Counted from the whole stretch's first letter, positions 26,000 through 40,280 are shown. The stretch is DNA of 60,466 nucleotides, filler included, from Jimgerdemannia flammicorona (GCA_003990765.1; 3 parts of 3 records of this genome joined end to end with filler, not necessarily neighbours in it); one strand, 5' to 3'. Numbers and translations are program-made. Notes: generated from the letters alone by a model not told the origin.

Positions 26000-26329
26000 T
26001 TCGCAAAGAAATTCGAGGCTAATATGTCATGATTTTCTGGAATCCAATCGGTGATCCAGCCATGGCACGAGCACTCGAAGGTTAATTACATCTGACAACT
26101 CCGTCAAAGAAACTCGGCAAACAACTTATTGTTGGATTGTTACCAATTCTAAAATTATTCATTTTCATCAAGGCATCAAATAATGGGTGAATGAGGAACA
26201 ATTATAAACACGGATGAGCAGATAATTACCGGCGACCGTTAACAGTGCGCGGGATCGTCTCGCTGCCATCCGAGCGCATTGTATTTGGGTGTGGCTCCCT
26301 GCACATCGGCCCAGTAAGCGCATATAAAA

Positions 26330-26700
26330 ATGGGTCGAATAAAAAGAAGGTCTTTAACAAAACCGGTTTTGTGTGCGAGGTTGCTAAGTGCCTGAAAGGA
26401 GAAAGATTCATTATTGTGTAATTATCTCCGAAAAAAAATTTGATTGCTGTGTCTCCTAATCTGGTCCGGGTCCCTTATTTTTATCTCCTTATCTCCTCTT
26501 ATAGGTCCGAATAAAAGGGAAAATTCTTTTATGAAACCGGTCTTGTGTGTGAGGGTTGGAACGTGCCTGACCATTGTATACCTCCTATAGTTGACCAATA
26601 TCCTTTTGGTTGGCTGTGTCCTCACCTACTCCTTGCTCGAAATAGTCTGGTCGGGGTCCTGCCCCGGTACCCTCTTATCTCAACATAAGCAATCTTATTC
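26330..26700 (+). repeat. Degenerate ~180-bp tandem duplication
   Basis: Repeated blocks GGT(C)CGAATAAAA..., AAACCGGTYTTGTGTG...GTGCCTGA, GCTGTGT...TCTGGTCSGGGTCC. Confidence 0.55.
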
Positions 26701-27534
26701 CTCTCACTTAAAGGTGCGCCCTCGCCATCCTCGCTGGCAACGGCGATATTAACCTTGGTAGCGGAATTTAATTATGTGGCGTAGGACCCCGTATATGTAG
26801 TTGCGGGGGATGTAGTGGATGGAAGAGAGCGGGCGGCGGTGCGCAGTGAAGCTAAAACCAACAGGGGGAGGGAGGGAGGGAGGGAGAAAAGAAGAAGGGA
26901 GAAAGGGAGAAAAGGAAAAAAGGGGAAAGGGAGAGAGAAGAGAAGGAAGAGAGGGGTCTTCTTGCTCAACGTGTTGGCATTGAGTTCGAATTCCATATTG
27001 ACGTTTAAGTTCTTGGAATACAGCTCCAGAAATTTTAAGCAGTGTTTTGCTGATGGCATCCTTGCTTTTGAGTGATGAACAGCCAGGTGATGGTACTGCC
27101 CGTGAGGTATGGTGGCGACAGTGATGGTGATAGTGATGGCGAGGTTGTCGGTCTTGGATTCGTGAAAAGGCTAGAGGGAGTGAAAGTAGGAATGGTCAAT
27201 ACCAACATCTTGACGATCGAAGCATTTTGCAACTGCATAAAAGTCCATCCAGCCATCAGCTTGCATCTGGAGATGGAGGCGGAAAGAAGCCCGATGCTAC
27301 TGCCAAGGACCTCATACATTGAGCTCCAGAAGGGAAAGGAGGTTCATCAATCCGAGGGGATGATCAAAGACTTGCGTTGGCATACAACTCTATAATACTG
27401 TTGTAATATATTATTCAGAGGCTTCCTATATAAACCGACAATGTTGGCCTCCTTGCTAAAGCATAAACTCCACTTCCACTACAACCCTAATCACAACGCT
27501 CCAAACCAAAACCAATCAATCCACCAAAATAACA

Positions 27535-28353
27535 ATGGCCGCTTCACTACCTTCGTCACCCTCTTCTCCATCGCATTCGCGGCTCTCAACTCGGTCAACG
27601 CCGTTCCCAACAACCTCGGCCTGAACGCCACCCAACTTCTTAACCTCAAGCTCCAGACCGCCATCTCCAGACCGCCATCACCGAGGTTCAGAGGCAAGCC
27701 CTACTTAAAGCCGAGGGTAATTATCTCAATCGTTTCCCCCTCTCCACACCACCGTTTCCTAAACCCCGTCATTCTAACTGCTCGTCCGCCAACCACAGAT
27801 TTTTTCTTTGATTTTGTCAACGCCACGGTCGTGATTGGGATCATGTCTGCCACGGCCAACAACTTCCCGGCCGTGATAGGCCATGGCGTGTCCATGACAT
27901 TCCTCGGCCCTGCGGCATCAACCTCCCCCACATCCACCCGCGTGCCACCGAGATCAACTTCATCATTGAAGGGAAGTTTGAGGTCGGATTCATTCAGGAG
28001 AATGGGGTACGCGTGATCTATGCTCTTTTCTTGAAACCATAATACATCGCCTCACCAAAAAATCAACCGGCATATCGTCCCCCACTAACTTTAGGCCAAC
28101 TTTACCGTGAACATTGTCAAGAAAGGAATGTCGACCATCTTCCCTCAGGGTGCTGTTCACTTCGAGCAAAACCTGAGCTGCGAGCCCGCGACCTTCGTCG
28201 CGGGCTGATCCGGGTGTCAGCACAATTGGACAGAACTTCATCGGCGGTTTGCCGGCCAACGTCGTCGGGGCCTCGCTCGGCGGCCTCGGTTCGAGGACCT
28301 TGCTAAATACCGCCCTTGTGATCATTGAGTGTAGGAAGCGCTGCAGATTGTAA
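27535..28353 (+). pseudogene. Secreted germin/spherulin-like cupin pseudogene
   Basis: Signal peptide; DFFFDF, NFPAVIG.GVSM, GINLPHIHPRATEI, GFIQENG, FPQGAVHFEQN motifs; frameshifts and small deletions. Confidence 0.8.
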
Positions 28354-28666
28354 TTGAGTTGTTTGTAGGGGATATCTAGGCTGAAGTAGGTGCGGATATC
28401 AAACCAAATAATACCAGGCAAAAAACATCACTGGATGTAGATACGCAATAAACGAAAAAATAACCAGAAATTAGATAGCCAAGCCAAACTGAGGTGTCAG
28501 GCATCCGCACTCGAACTCCTTTAACGGGCATTGTCCCAGCGCGACAGGAAGCTGCGAAATCTGATCATGAATGGAATAAATCAAAAGCTCTTTCCTTTTG
28601 GTTGCCAGTAAGTCTGTCGCTTGATTGAAGATAATAGAAGTCACTCGAGCCTTTCATGCAAAGGTC

Positions 28667-28733
<67 letters not shown>

Positions 28734-29059
28734 CGTCGCATAGATATTCTGCACGCTTCCTACTGCCCTTGATCTGTCCCGCCAATACTAGATAGTACGA
28801 AATATGAATCTATTCTCCCCCACTGATCGGCAACCTTCTTCTTCCACGGCACTGAATGTGTGCCCAAAGTACAGGCGAAAAACAACTCTTGCGTTGCGAG
28901 GGGCAATTATTGTTTCTGTGGTAGGCGAGAATTTCTCATACTGTTTCTCGCACTCGCAAAACAGAAACGCTAGGCCCGTGGTTTTAAATTTAAAATGTTT
29001 GTGTAGCGGAGGTTTTGACCTTGTGGACTTAAGTTGGGCACATAGCGCCAATATATCCT

Positions 29060-29518
29060 TCACGGCAGGTACTCCCGATTTCTCGCCGCCGCCCGCTCTC
29101 GCGCGACTATTGCTCCAACCGCCAGTCTCGGAGAGATCGTCGAAGGAGATGTGATTACTGACGCTACCAGGATCTCAGATATGATGCTGGCAAAGGCCCC
29201 GACGATGGTGCCGACACACGCGGCGGTGATGCAGTAGATAGACACAGGATAAAAGAAGTTGTTGATGCGGACGAGGAGGTTGTACGGGAGAGTAAAGAGC
29301 GTCAAGACGTCGCGTGTTTCAGCGACCAGGAACGGAACAGAAAAGATGAGGACGCGGAGGATCCAGCCGAAAATGCCCAGCGAAACGGGGATGGTAATAC
29401 GGATGTATTCGAAGAGTGTTCGGATGAGGTAGCCCAAAGACGGTTCCGGGCTGATAAGAATGACCAAGAAGACCATTGACAGATAGAAAATGAGCACGAG
29501 TGTGTTTGCAGTGGGCAT
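29060..29518 (-). CDS. Small multi-pass membrane protein of unknown function
   Basis: 152-aa ORF with several hydrophobic helices. Confidence 0.55.
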   Translation of the reverse strand: MPTANTLVLIFYLSMVFLVILISPEPSLGYLIRTLFEYIRITIPVSLGIFGWILRVLIFSVPFLVAETRDVLTLFTLPYNLLVRINNFFYPVSIYCITAACVGTIVGAFASIISEILVASVITSPSTISPRLAVGAIVARERAAARNREYLP

Positions 29519-30551
29519 AGTAAAGGAAGGAAGAGCAAATTAGACGATAAGTGTAAATGTCTATGACCAGAAGAATTTTCATCAATCAATCGCAAGCACG
29601 AAATCTCATGACGCTGTGGGTCGAAAATTGATATTTTCAAGAATGATTAGTTGCTGGAACCTCAAGTTCACCTGCAAGTTTCCAGTGATTTTCTCAGGTA
29701 ATAGGATACCATGGTCAAGCAGTGCGGCAACCGTTCGGAAGTCATTCGAATGCGGAATGACAATGACGAACGTGTGATAATTGACTAGTATCGGCAAGCT
29801 TTACGGTCCTGGCTTTTTTTTTTTTTTTTATTTTTATTGGAATTTTGTTGTCTTGTTTTTTTTTTTTTTTTTTTTTTTTTTTCCAAATTGATGACTGCAT
29901 CTGTACGTGATGCACTCCATATGAGCAATGGGCGTGTTTATCTCACATAGCCACTCAAATTATACGTGGGCCGGTGGCGCAACCTGCACTGTCATGAAAA
30001 TATCTCATGCACGGTGGCCGTTTCAAGAGAGCGCGTTCAACCTCTCATAAAAACAACTGGACCACGGTGCGCGCAGAACTCAAATGACTTGGTAAGCCCC
30101 GTCCCACAAGCAGAAACAGTGTGTTATACATATTTCGTCGGCGTACATGGATGGGGTCTTACATTGCGGAAATTGATTCGTGCACACTGATTGGGCTATT
30201 TATTGGAGCCAACGTTCTCCCTTTCGTTCAGCAGAAATAGCGATGCTTACCCCTGAGGCGGGAACGCGGCTGGAACACTGGCGAAAAATGACTAGAGTTG
30301 AGATACAGGCGAAGTTCTTTGAGAAATGATGTTTCGACATGGTGGAGGGTGACAAGACCCACAATTTCGCTCGCGATGGTGAAGCGTCGGTTATTGTTTA
30401 GGAGTTAAATATTTGTAGGATATGGGTGTATTTTTTTTTTTTGGTGAGGCCCATTAATTTTGTGAATGGGTCATCGCGGTCAATGTTTAGTAATCGCCGG
30501 ATGGCTTTGAACAAGGTGACATACAAGATCATACTTTATTTTTCCAATTCC

Positions 30552-31444
30552 TTAACATCGCATGAAACCTCGCACATAATAATGTAAAGCACACATGTCA
30601 TTCCCGGATTTCCTCCTTCCACCACACGCAGCCTGCATCATAACCCCATCCTTGACCTTCTCTACTCCTAATCCGCGTTCTCCTCATTCCCCCATGCGTT
30701 CCCCAACATAAAATCGCGCCTCCCCCTCCACTCTCCCTCGCCAAACCGCTCGTTTGCCAAGCGCTCCACGTCTCGGACCAGGTACCATTGCCGGATTTTG
30801 GCCCGCACGCGAATCGCGTCGGTCGTATGGGGCAGGGCTACGAGAGAAGAGAGGGATTAGCGGCAATGGAGGTGGTTTGAAAATAAGAGAAGAGAGTGTA
30901 CAGGAAGGATGGAGATGTACATGCGAGATCGGATTCGAGGAGGCCGTATTGCTCGATGGCGTTTTGTTTGGTGAGGAGGGCGTAGCTGAATCGATCACGC
31001 GAAATTAAAACGGTGGCAGACTCAAAAACTTCCTTTACACCCAAGAAAGACTTACCGATCATTTCGCCTCTGGCATTTTTGGCACACGGCTCTCCCCTTC
31101 CACAGCGCGTGTCTCTCGCCCTTCCTGCTCCAGCACTCGCAGCAGACCCGGCGCACATACCTCACATACAGCATCTTGAACTCCTTGTCCGTGAGCCGCG
31201 CCGCGGTTTCGTCGTCCGGTGGCTTGAACCGCATCTGGTCGGCGGCAGGCAGGTCGCGCGACAGCACCCGCCGTCGGAACTCGGGGAGGCAGAGCGTGGC
31301 GAGGTAGCGATTTGTGACGGAGAGATTGAGCAGCGAAAGCGGGGAGTCAAGCTGCGGGATCAGCTCAAACATCAAGAGTTCCGAGGGCAAGGTGGTCAGG
31401 GTCGGAGGTGAGATGTCTTTTGCGGTATGTTCGTTGGTGGACAT
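30552..31444 (-). CDS. F-box protein with CxxC..CxxC and XPA-C-like C-terminal domain (3 exons)
   Basis: LTTLPSELLMFELIPQL...LLNLSVTNR F-box; CCEC...CQKC; spliced ALLTKQNAIEQYGLLESDL...WYLVRDVERLANERFG. Confidence 0.75.
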
Positions 31445-31699
31445 TGCTTGAATTCAATGAAATTGGTTGTGGCGTCATGGTAATGGATTCAATGTCACCT
31501 GATCCAAATTCAGAATGGGTTAATTTTTACAAGAATTCTTTTTTGATAAATAATTATGAGGAATTTGAAGTTGATAAAATCTTAAATTACTTAGTATAAA
31601 AAATCAAGCAGTTTTATCTAATTAAATAAAAAGAGTATTTTATTTATAATATTACTTAAGAAAGAAAAGGTATATTTATAAATATTTTAAAACTATTTA

Positions 31700-34246
31700 A
31701 AATCTCTGATTTTATAATAATAAAAGGATATAAAATTATAAATCAGAGTTATATCACTAGATAAGTCAGAAGAAAAAAAGTATAAAATTATAGTAGACTA
31801 TAATAAAACTATATACTGATAGAATTAATATATTATAAATAATCTAGATAGACTAATAGCTCTAAGTTCTAAGTTTTATAAAAAATTGCTAAATTTCAAA
31901 GACCTACTGTAGAGGTGTAGTTCAAGTATCACTTTCAGATTCTTGCACCAAGTAGAAGTACTGTACTTGTATTTCAAGTTAATTAGGCTCAGAATTATTA
32001 ATAAGTTAAGTCTGAGAGTTCTTAATAAGAATACTTCTTTATTTTTAAGAGAAAAAAGTAGAGCCAAGATTACAATATATTCAGTATAGAGGATATTTAT
32101 ATAGATTGAAGCTATGGCTAAATATAGTATACTGTATATATCTATATACAGTTATACTATATATAGTATATAATTACTATATTGAAATTTCTCTTAAAAA
32201 TTCTATTGTAATTTCTATTAATAATTTATTAGAGATTTTATTAGAATTTTCAGTGACTTATTGTCATATAATAAACTATTATATCTTTTCCTTTCTTGTT
32301 TGAACCTACTCATTCAATTCTGTACTAAACTTTAGATATTTATCAAACTAAAGAGCTATATACTAGACTATTTGAAAGATAATATTACTCTAATATATAT
32401 TCATTAGTTGGGTTGGTAATATTCTTAGAAAATATTCTATAAAGGTGATTGAGGACTTAAGGTTATATATAGAAAAAGATATATAGTTTCTTGATAATAA
32501 TATAAGTATAGTTATTAATAAAAAAAATAGGATAACTATTTGGTTTTACTGAGAATAACCTATTGATAAATAATTTATTTTATTTCATAGTATTTCTTTA
32601 GTTTCTGTTAGTAGCAGAAGGCTTGAAAGTATTAGATTCTTTTAAAATATTATTAGACTTTATTTAAATTAGGACTTTTAGATATTTATATATTGATAGA
32701 GAGTAATTTGATAGAGGTTTATTAGTATTCAATAGTCATAAGAATTGTTATAATAATCTTATTCTTAATTTGTTCATAGTATTATTATTGACTATTCAAA
32801 TTGTGAATAAGTTATCTATATAATATTTGAGGGTATTTATACTTATCTTATTGGATATATATATAACTGCTCTTTGGAAATTCTATTAGAAATTCTATTA
32901 TGCTATATATTTATATTAGATTATTACTTCTTCTATATTTAATAAGAGATTATCTTCTAGTATCATATTTAAAATAATCTTTCCATTTTACTAAGTAGTA
33001 CTGAGTGGGCTTAGTAGCTTATCTAAATTATCAGTCCTTGTGATCTAAGATATAATTAACTTCATATTCTAGTTACTGATTAATAATAATCAGATCTAAA
33101 GATAGTATAATTTTTCTATTAAAGATGTTTAGAATATATAGCTGAAGATGAGATATATGAAATACTGAATAGATTTACTCTAGAGTTATCAGAAGAAGCT
33201 TATATATAATAAATCTATACTTCTCAAAGATCTCAAATGATCTAATATAGTAGGGTCTGAGTTTTTTTTTTAGATCTATATTATTTAGAGTCAGATATTA
33301 AGTACTGAGTATTATATATTTACTTTTTTTGTAAGTGACTTCTCTCAGCATATATAACGTATACTCTTTATACTTTTATGAAAGTATTATATGCTTGCTA
33401 GATATTGTCTTATATAGTATCAGTAATTTCTTATATAGCTAGTACTATAATCTAAATAATGATTATAGAAGTCTGAGGGTATTATCTATAGTTCAAATAG
33501 AATAGGATTATATTAGTACTTATACTTATACTGTTATTATATGTAAACTTGACTAAGATCAGTATTTTATCCTAATTATTCTATTTATAGCTATAGTAGA
33601 TACTGATTATCTACTTTAGAATCTGATTAGTTCATTCTATTTGACTATTTGTCTGTAAGTAGTATGTAGTAAATATATATCCTGAGTTATACTTCTAGGT
33701 CTTTGAAGAGTGCTTATCAGAAATTACTTATAAATTTCACATCTTTATCAGAATAATTACTGATAGTAACTTATTGAAACAGAATATATAGTTAATAAAA
33801 AATTATACTATTTTTAGAACTATTATTGCAGTAGTTATTATAGAAAAATGAACTTATTTACTAAGACAATCTACAAAGATAACAATTATATCTCTTTTCT
33901 TCTTAGTTTTTAATAACTAGACAATAAAGTCTATTCTGATATAGTCTTAGTTTTAGATAGATATTGATAGTAACTCTAGTGTTTTAGCTAAAGCTTGATT
34001 ACTGAATTTATATCTTTAGTAGATATCACAGGATACAGTATAGTTCTTCATATTAATAGTTATTCTGAATCAGTAGAAGTCTCAGATAATATATTGGTAT
34101 ATATGTATATCTTATCAAATTCTATATATCTAGCTATAGGTATATTATATAGTTTTTATAGGATTTATAGGCAGATAGAGATATTGACAACTCAGATCCT
34201 TATATTGTTAAAATATATATCTGTTTTAGATAGAGATATTCTTGTA

Positions 34247-34336
<90 letters not shown>

Positions 34337-35542
34337 CAAGAATTTGTTTAGTGATCTTCTATATGTTGGTATTCTTGACATATTCTTTCTTAACTTTCTC
34401 AAACAAACTAGTGATAATATTACTATTAGCAATAAGATCAACTTTCTGAATACTTTGTAAAAGTATATCAGCTACTTTATTTTTAGTGCTAACAATATAC
34501 TTAATCTTAAAATTAAAAGATATAAGAGTTTGCATTCATTGTGCTTATCTTTTTATAAGAATTGACTATATCTGAATATATTAGAGAGCTTGATAGTTTG
34601 TCCAGAGAGTGAACTTTTGTCAAAGAGAAAATGTTATCAGATTTATAGTGATCAGATAATAGTAAGAAGTTTTTTATCTTATATAGTATAGTTTTTCTCA
34701 TACTTATTCAGTTTCTGAGATAAGTATGTAATCAGGTATTCATATTGAGTCAGAATAGCTCTGATGGCAATATTTAAGATATCAGTAGTGATTATAAAGA
34801 GTCCTATAGAATCAGGACTAATTAGAATTAATATATTAGTTGAGAGTATTTATAGCTATAGTATATTCTTCTATTTATCCTTTTTCAATATTAGTTCTCT
34901 TCTTGCAAAGGCTTATAAGTAGAGAGATAATTATAGAGAATCCTTAAATAAATCTTTAGTAGTATCTGGCTAGTCTATTAAATTCTTATAGAGACTTAAG
35001 GATCTTTAAAATAGACTAATTGTAAATTACTTCAATCTTCTTTGAGCCAAAAGTAATACTATTTATCAATATGATATATATCTTAAATATTTAATTTTCT
35101 TTTTGAAGAAGTGATATTTCTTTTTCTTTACTAAGAGTTTATATTTATAGAGTACATTAAAGACAATTTGAAGATATTATTAGTGATCAGAGGTACTTAT
35201 ACTATATACTAAGATATTGTTCAAATATATTAAAACAAATACTCTAAGATATTTTTAAAAAATATTATTCATTAATGTCTAGAAGGTTACTGGTATATTG
35301 ATGAGACTAAAGAGTATTATATAAAATTTATAATATTCAAATCTTATTTGAAATACTGTCTTTAGAATATTCTCTTCTTTGATATAAATTTGATAATATC
35401 TAAATAAAAGGTTAATGAGTAAGAAGGTTTTAGTATTAAATACTTAATCAAATAGCTTATTAATATATAGAAGTATATATTAGTTCTTAATAGAGATCTT
35501 ATTGAGTATCTAGTAATTGATACATATATATATAGAGACTTC

Positions 35543-35544
<2 letters not shown>
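31700..35544 (-). mobile_element. Heavily mutated Ty3/Gypsy pol remnant (RT-RH-IN) with further insertions; boundaries approximate
   Basis: Decayed RT motifs near 35200-35540 (KKxGSL.MCIxY) and integrase-like motifs at 33500-34200; very AT/TpA-rich. Confidence 0.65.
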
Positions 35545-35580
<36 letters not shown>

Positions 35581-37080
35581 GTTATATAGACTTCTACTTT
35601 ATTACCAAATTATCTATAATTTGCTACTAATACAAATGAGCTCCTCACCCTATCTTTCTTAGAAACTCCTTTTCTCTCTCACTATTTCTCTGAAAATCAA
35701 TCTCTCTACTACCTCAATCCTCTCTCTACTCTTTCTATAGATAGTCTCTACTAATTGTCTTTGATATTCTCCACCAGCACCCACCCCTCCACTATCCATT
35801 CAACATATCTATCATCAGCCACTCCTATTTAGTCACCTTCATCACCAATATTAACTATTGATCTTTCTCAAATACAGAAAGCCAATGATCTACAAGACTG
35901 ATCCAAATTGCCAGTACCCATCCTAGTATCAACTACTTATCTCCTAACTCCCCCACCAGCCTCCTCCAGAGGTCTCCCCACCTCTCTTCAGCTATCAACC
36001 CTAGTAAGTAGACCCCCAGCTATATCTCAATCTCTCTTCAAAAGTCACCTATTACCTTATACTCTCTTAGCCAATATTCAGGCATCTGTACCACTTCTCT
36101 CTCCTATCTAATGTTCAGATACTCCTCACACTCCTGAGTTCCTTCTTTCATCAAGTAATCTGTCTAGTAGTTCAATATTACATTATGCTGTAGAATTCTC
36201 TACTATATTACTCAGAACTTGGGGAGATCTATCTTGCTGCCTACTTACCCCACTGCTAAATACTATTCTAGTCCCACTCCTCACTAATCCCCACTCTCTG
36301 CTATATCTTAGATCACAGATCTCTTCTATATTTCTGAAGGCACTCCATACCATCCTCCAAACAGAAGTTATCTACTAGTACTCTGCCCAACAGAAGGTCA
36401 TCCTACTTCTATATCTAGAGTCTCCATTCCTCCTCCCCCTCATCACTCTATTATCAGAGATTAATATAGTATGCTCTATCAACCACTTCCCACCAAAATC
36501 CCCTATAATATATCCTCTGACTTTCCTCCAATACTACTAGAGATAGAAGATCCCCAATTATACTATAGAGGAAGAACTGAGTCCCTCACACCCTCTATAT
36601 AAGGGGAACTCACTCTCTACCTCTCAATTCACTTACTTGCTTTATCTACCATACTCTTAAGCAGTGAAGATACTTAGAGAAATCCATCAGACCCAGGTCA
36701 CCCTAGTCCATTGGCTAGATCAATACCTCCTAACCAATCTAACTCTATCATCCTATCTATATCCAGGTCTTGGCTATCTTTAGCAATCACTTGATCACTC
36801 ATGCTAGGAAGTCTAAGTAGTACTCTAGATACTATAGCTTAGATATCTAGTAGACATTCAACATTATTACCCTCTCTGTCTGAGATATATAGTAATTATC
36901 TCACCCCAAGAGAGTATCTCTCTACTCTGTAAACTACTGCTCCCACTACCTATACAGTAGTAAGGAGCTATATACTAAAAAGTAAATTCTCAGATAGCAA
37001 ACAATCTCTCCTATAGAGATAATTGTTCTAATCACATCTCTACTGACTATTCCTTCTCTCAATACCAAAGTCTCATACTT
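35545..37080 (-). mobile_element. 5'-truncated LINE 3' fragment with poly(A) tail, related to copy A
   Basis: Poly-T at 35545-35577; 36070-36130 aligns with 350-410 of copy A. Confidence 0.75.
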
Positions 37081-37769
37081 ATACAGTTCTGGTATAGGTA
37101 ACTGCTTTTTGGATAGAGTTGAGATAGGAGAGGAGATGACCATCACAGATAAGAGGAAGAATAATTATAGTAAACCAGTAGAGTACTAGACTGATAATAG
37201 TTATTGGGGCTGATATAAGTGCTATATTGGTGAAGCCTTCTAATTAGTATAGGATAGTTAGATGGTAGGTATATATTACTCTTAGTAGTGCTTAGCAATA
37301 TATAAGATTAGGCTCTAGTAGTTGAAAATTATTGAGAAGTCTGAGACTATCTAGATCAGATATTTTGACTATACTTAGCTAGAACTAAGAGCTGATATAG
37401 TAATACAATTAAGGCCTGCAAACTTGAGTAGTGGAGTATTGGGAGTCTCCTTTTATCTCATATATAAGTCCTCTACTTATATATCTCATTAGAGAGAACC
37501 AGGTCCTGCCTACTATTCTGTATTTTTAGAGAGTTTTTTCTTTTATCTATTACTCTACTTAAAGTGGTGGGAGTTATATAAATTAGCTTGGGCATGGTCT
37601 TGTATATATATTGGAGTTTTGGATATATATTTTTGATCATAGATATATGGTCACTTTCCCTCTAGTAGTAGGAAGAATATGATATACAAAATAAGATATA
37701 GATAATTTTACTCTACTATACCTGATATGGTTAAGCTATTGGACAATAGCTAGCCTAGGTTTATAGAGA

Positions 37770-38612
37770 TATAAGAAGGTTACTTATAAAAGTACTATTA
37801 CATAGTTCTGGAAGGGTTTTCTGGAAGTTCTGGATATTCTGGAAGACTGTTTTCTTTAGATTAAGATCAATTTTATATAGAGTATATTCTCTATACTTAT
37901 TGATTTCAAGATCAGATTGATGTCTCAACCAAAGTCCCTTTTCAGACTTATTCTAAATGTTCAGGATTTTCTGTTTTTCAGAAAGTTCAAGAAACTAAGA
38001 CCAGCTTAGTTAAATTGGCATATTGCTATAGATAATATCTAATTAGGAAATTTCATAATATAGTTAGGAGTGAGACCTAATGAGGTACAGATTTACTTAA
38101 GTATTATTAAATAGGTTTATTTACTATTCATGATATTGCTATATTAGGAGTAGTTGTATGAAGGAATATTGTGGAAAAGTATTCAGAAGTTGTGTTTGAA
38201 TTGTTCTTATCTAAGATTCTAAGATCTGAGAGAGGGGATATTTATACTAATAGGAGACTATCTGGACTATACTAAATATGAATATAGTACTTAGTGTCTT
38301 GCTGAGTCAGAATACAGTTATATAGTATAAGTATAAACTAATATATTAAGAGATTATCTAACTGCTGAGTTAGTATATAGTTATATTATATAAGACTAAT
38401 CTAACTATATTAATAACTACTAAGCTATCTATAAATTTAGATACTATTTGGATAGTCTTCAATGAGATTACTATTGATAACATTATCTCTAATAAAGTCT
38501 GAGCAGTTTTCTGACTTCTGATATCATTAGTTTCAAAGATATCATCACATCTGCCTCTTGCAAAATTAAAGCTGTCCTCAATGATAGTAGTTATATAAGA
38601 ATAACAGGTCTT

Positions 38613-38652
<40 letters not shown>

Positions 38653-39283
38653 CTACTGGCACATTTGTAAGAACTGGTCATCCTTGTCTAGAGCAAGAGC
38701 TCTCATTGTTATAGCTGGGAGTTCAAATCTCTTAAAAATGATATCTTCTATAATCCAAAATAATTTCTAATAGCAATATCTATTATATGGATAAATTTGA
38801 GATTGATTTCAACAATGTCAACTTTCTTGAGTTCAGATGAAGCATCTGTTATTCTCCAATAGAGATGATATAGATAGGATAAATAGAGTTATTCAAATGT
38901 ATTTTGCTTTTGCTAAGTAATAAGATCTTATATAGTTATAGTATATCTTAGTCTTGAGTTGATAAGTGTGGTTCATGAACCTTTGATAGATGAGATAGAG
39001 TTCTTCTCATTTCAGTTTGAATTTGATACTTCAGTTTTCTTTTATAATAGTACATTATACTAAGACTGATTGTATTAATGAATAGAGATTTAGAGTCAGT
39101 CTTATAGTTATAGTACTTCTTTTAGTATTCTTATATCTTGGTAGTAAGTTCTCATACTTACTGGTATATTTTATATAACTAGGTGATCTCTTTAGTAACT
39201 TGTTTTATAATCTTGTATATAATTTCTAAATTTGTTCTGAGGGTAATATATAATTTTGATGGCTTAGAGATTGTATGCTTATA
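37770..39283 (-). mobile_element. 1.5-kb variant solo LTR of family X with a different internal segment
   Basis: TSD AGAGA (37765-37769 / 39284-39288); mutated TATAAG...CTTATA ends; 37770-38500 aligns to ~4960-5697; 38500-39250 does not match the 3.8-4.9-kb ORF. Confidence 0.8.
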
Positions 39284-39372
39284 AGAGATATAGTGCTTGA
39301 GATGAGAGTGAGAGAGAGTTTTGGCCTATATAGTTTAGATTTTCTTCCAATAAAATCTATAGAACTTAAGTT

Positions 39373-39411
<39 letters not shown>

Positions 39412-40105
39412 CTATATAATTCTCACAATTGTATATACAGATTTCACAGATATAATTTATATAGATATATAAATATCTCAACTATGAAATGACTTATAGG
39501 AAAAGAAGTCTAACTTAGCTATTATATAACTGATAAACTTATATAATATCTCTAGTATCTAGAGTAAATAAATCTCAAATCAAAATAGTTCAAGTAAAGA
39601 GTCAAAAAACTAGTAAGTCTGTAGGCAGATATAGATACACTTTGAACTCACTTACCCCTATACCTGAAAACTCTAAGAAGTTAAAGAAGATTAAGTATTT
39701 AAGATAAAGAAATCTACTATACTTCTGTTAGTATTCCTTTGACTATTTTGTATCTATATTTAGAGATAATATTTTAAAAGTTTATAACTTTTAAAATTAT
39801 AATAGCTTATAAAAAAAAATTACTAATAATTTTTTATATAATAATTCTATCTTTGGCAAAAATTTTATAAAAAAAAAATGAGATATATTTTTAACAGAAA
39901 AATAATATTTCAAAAAATCATTTTTTCAAACTTTAATTTATCTGCTAAATGATTTTAAAAGACAATCTTATCTATAGTCAAAGAAATATATTTACTAGAT
40001 TATAATATATAGCTATATAATATATTTTAAGCTATAAATTTAGTAAAATTTTAAAATACTTTTATAAAAAAATTAATTATTATAAATATAAGAGAAAATA
40101 CTAAA

Positions 40106-40180
<75 letters not shown>

Positions 40181-40280
40181 TATATAAATAAACTTAAGAG
40201 AGTTCTTCATCAGTCTATAGAATTTTATTATATATATATTATTATATTTATTTATTTTTTTAGTAATAAATGAAAATATA

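Noticed and set aside
26772..27395. Protein-coding gene on either strand
   Set aside because: Short ORFs with stops and a purine-rich low-complexity tract; no recognisable family.
33995..34460. Poly-Phe/poly-Lys ORFs
   Set aside because: Artefacts of a poly-T tract.
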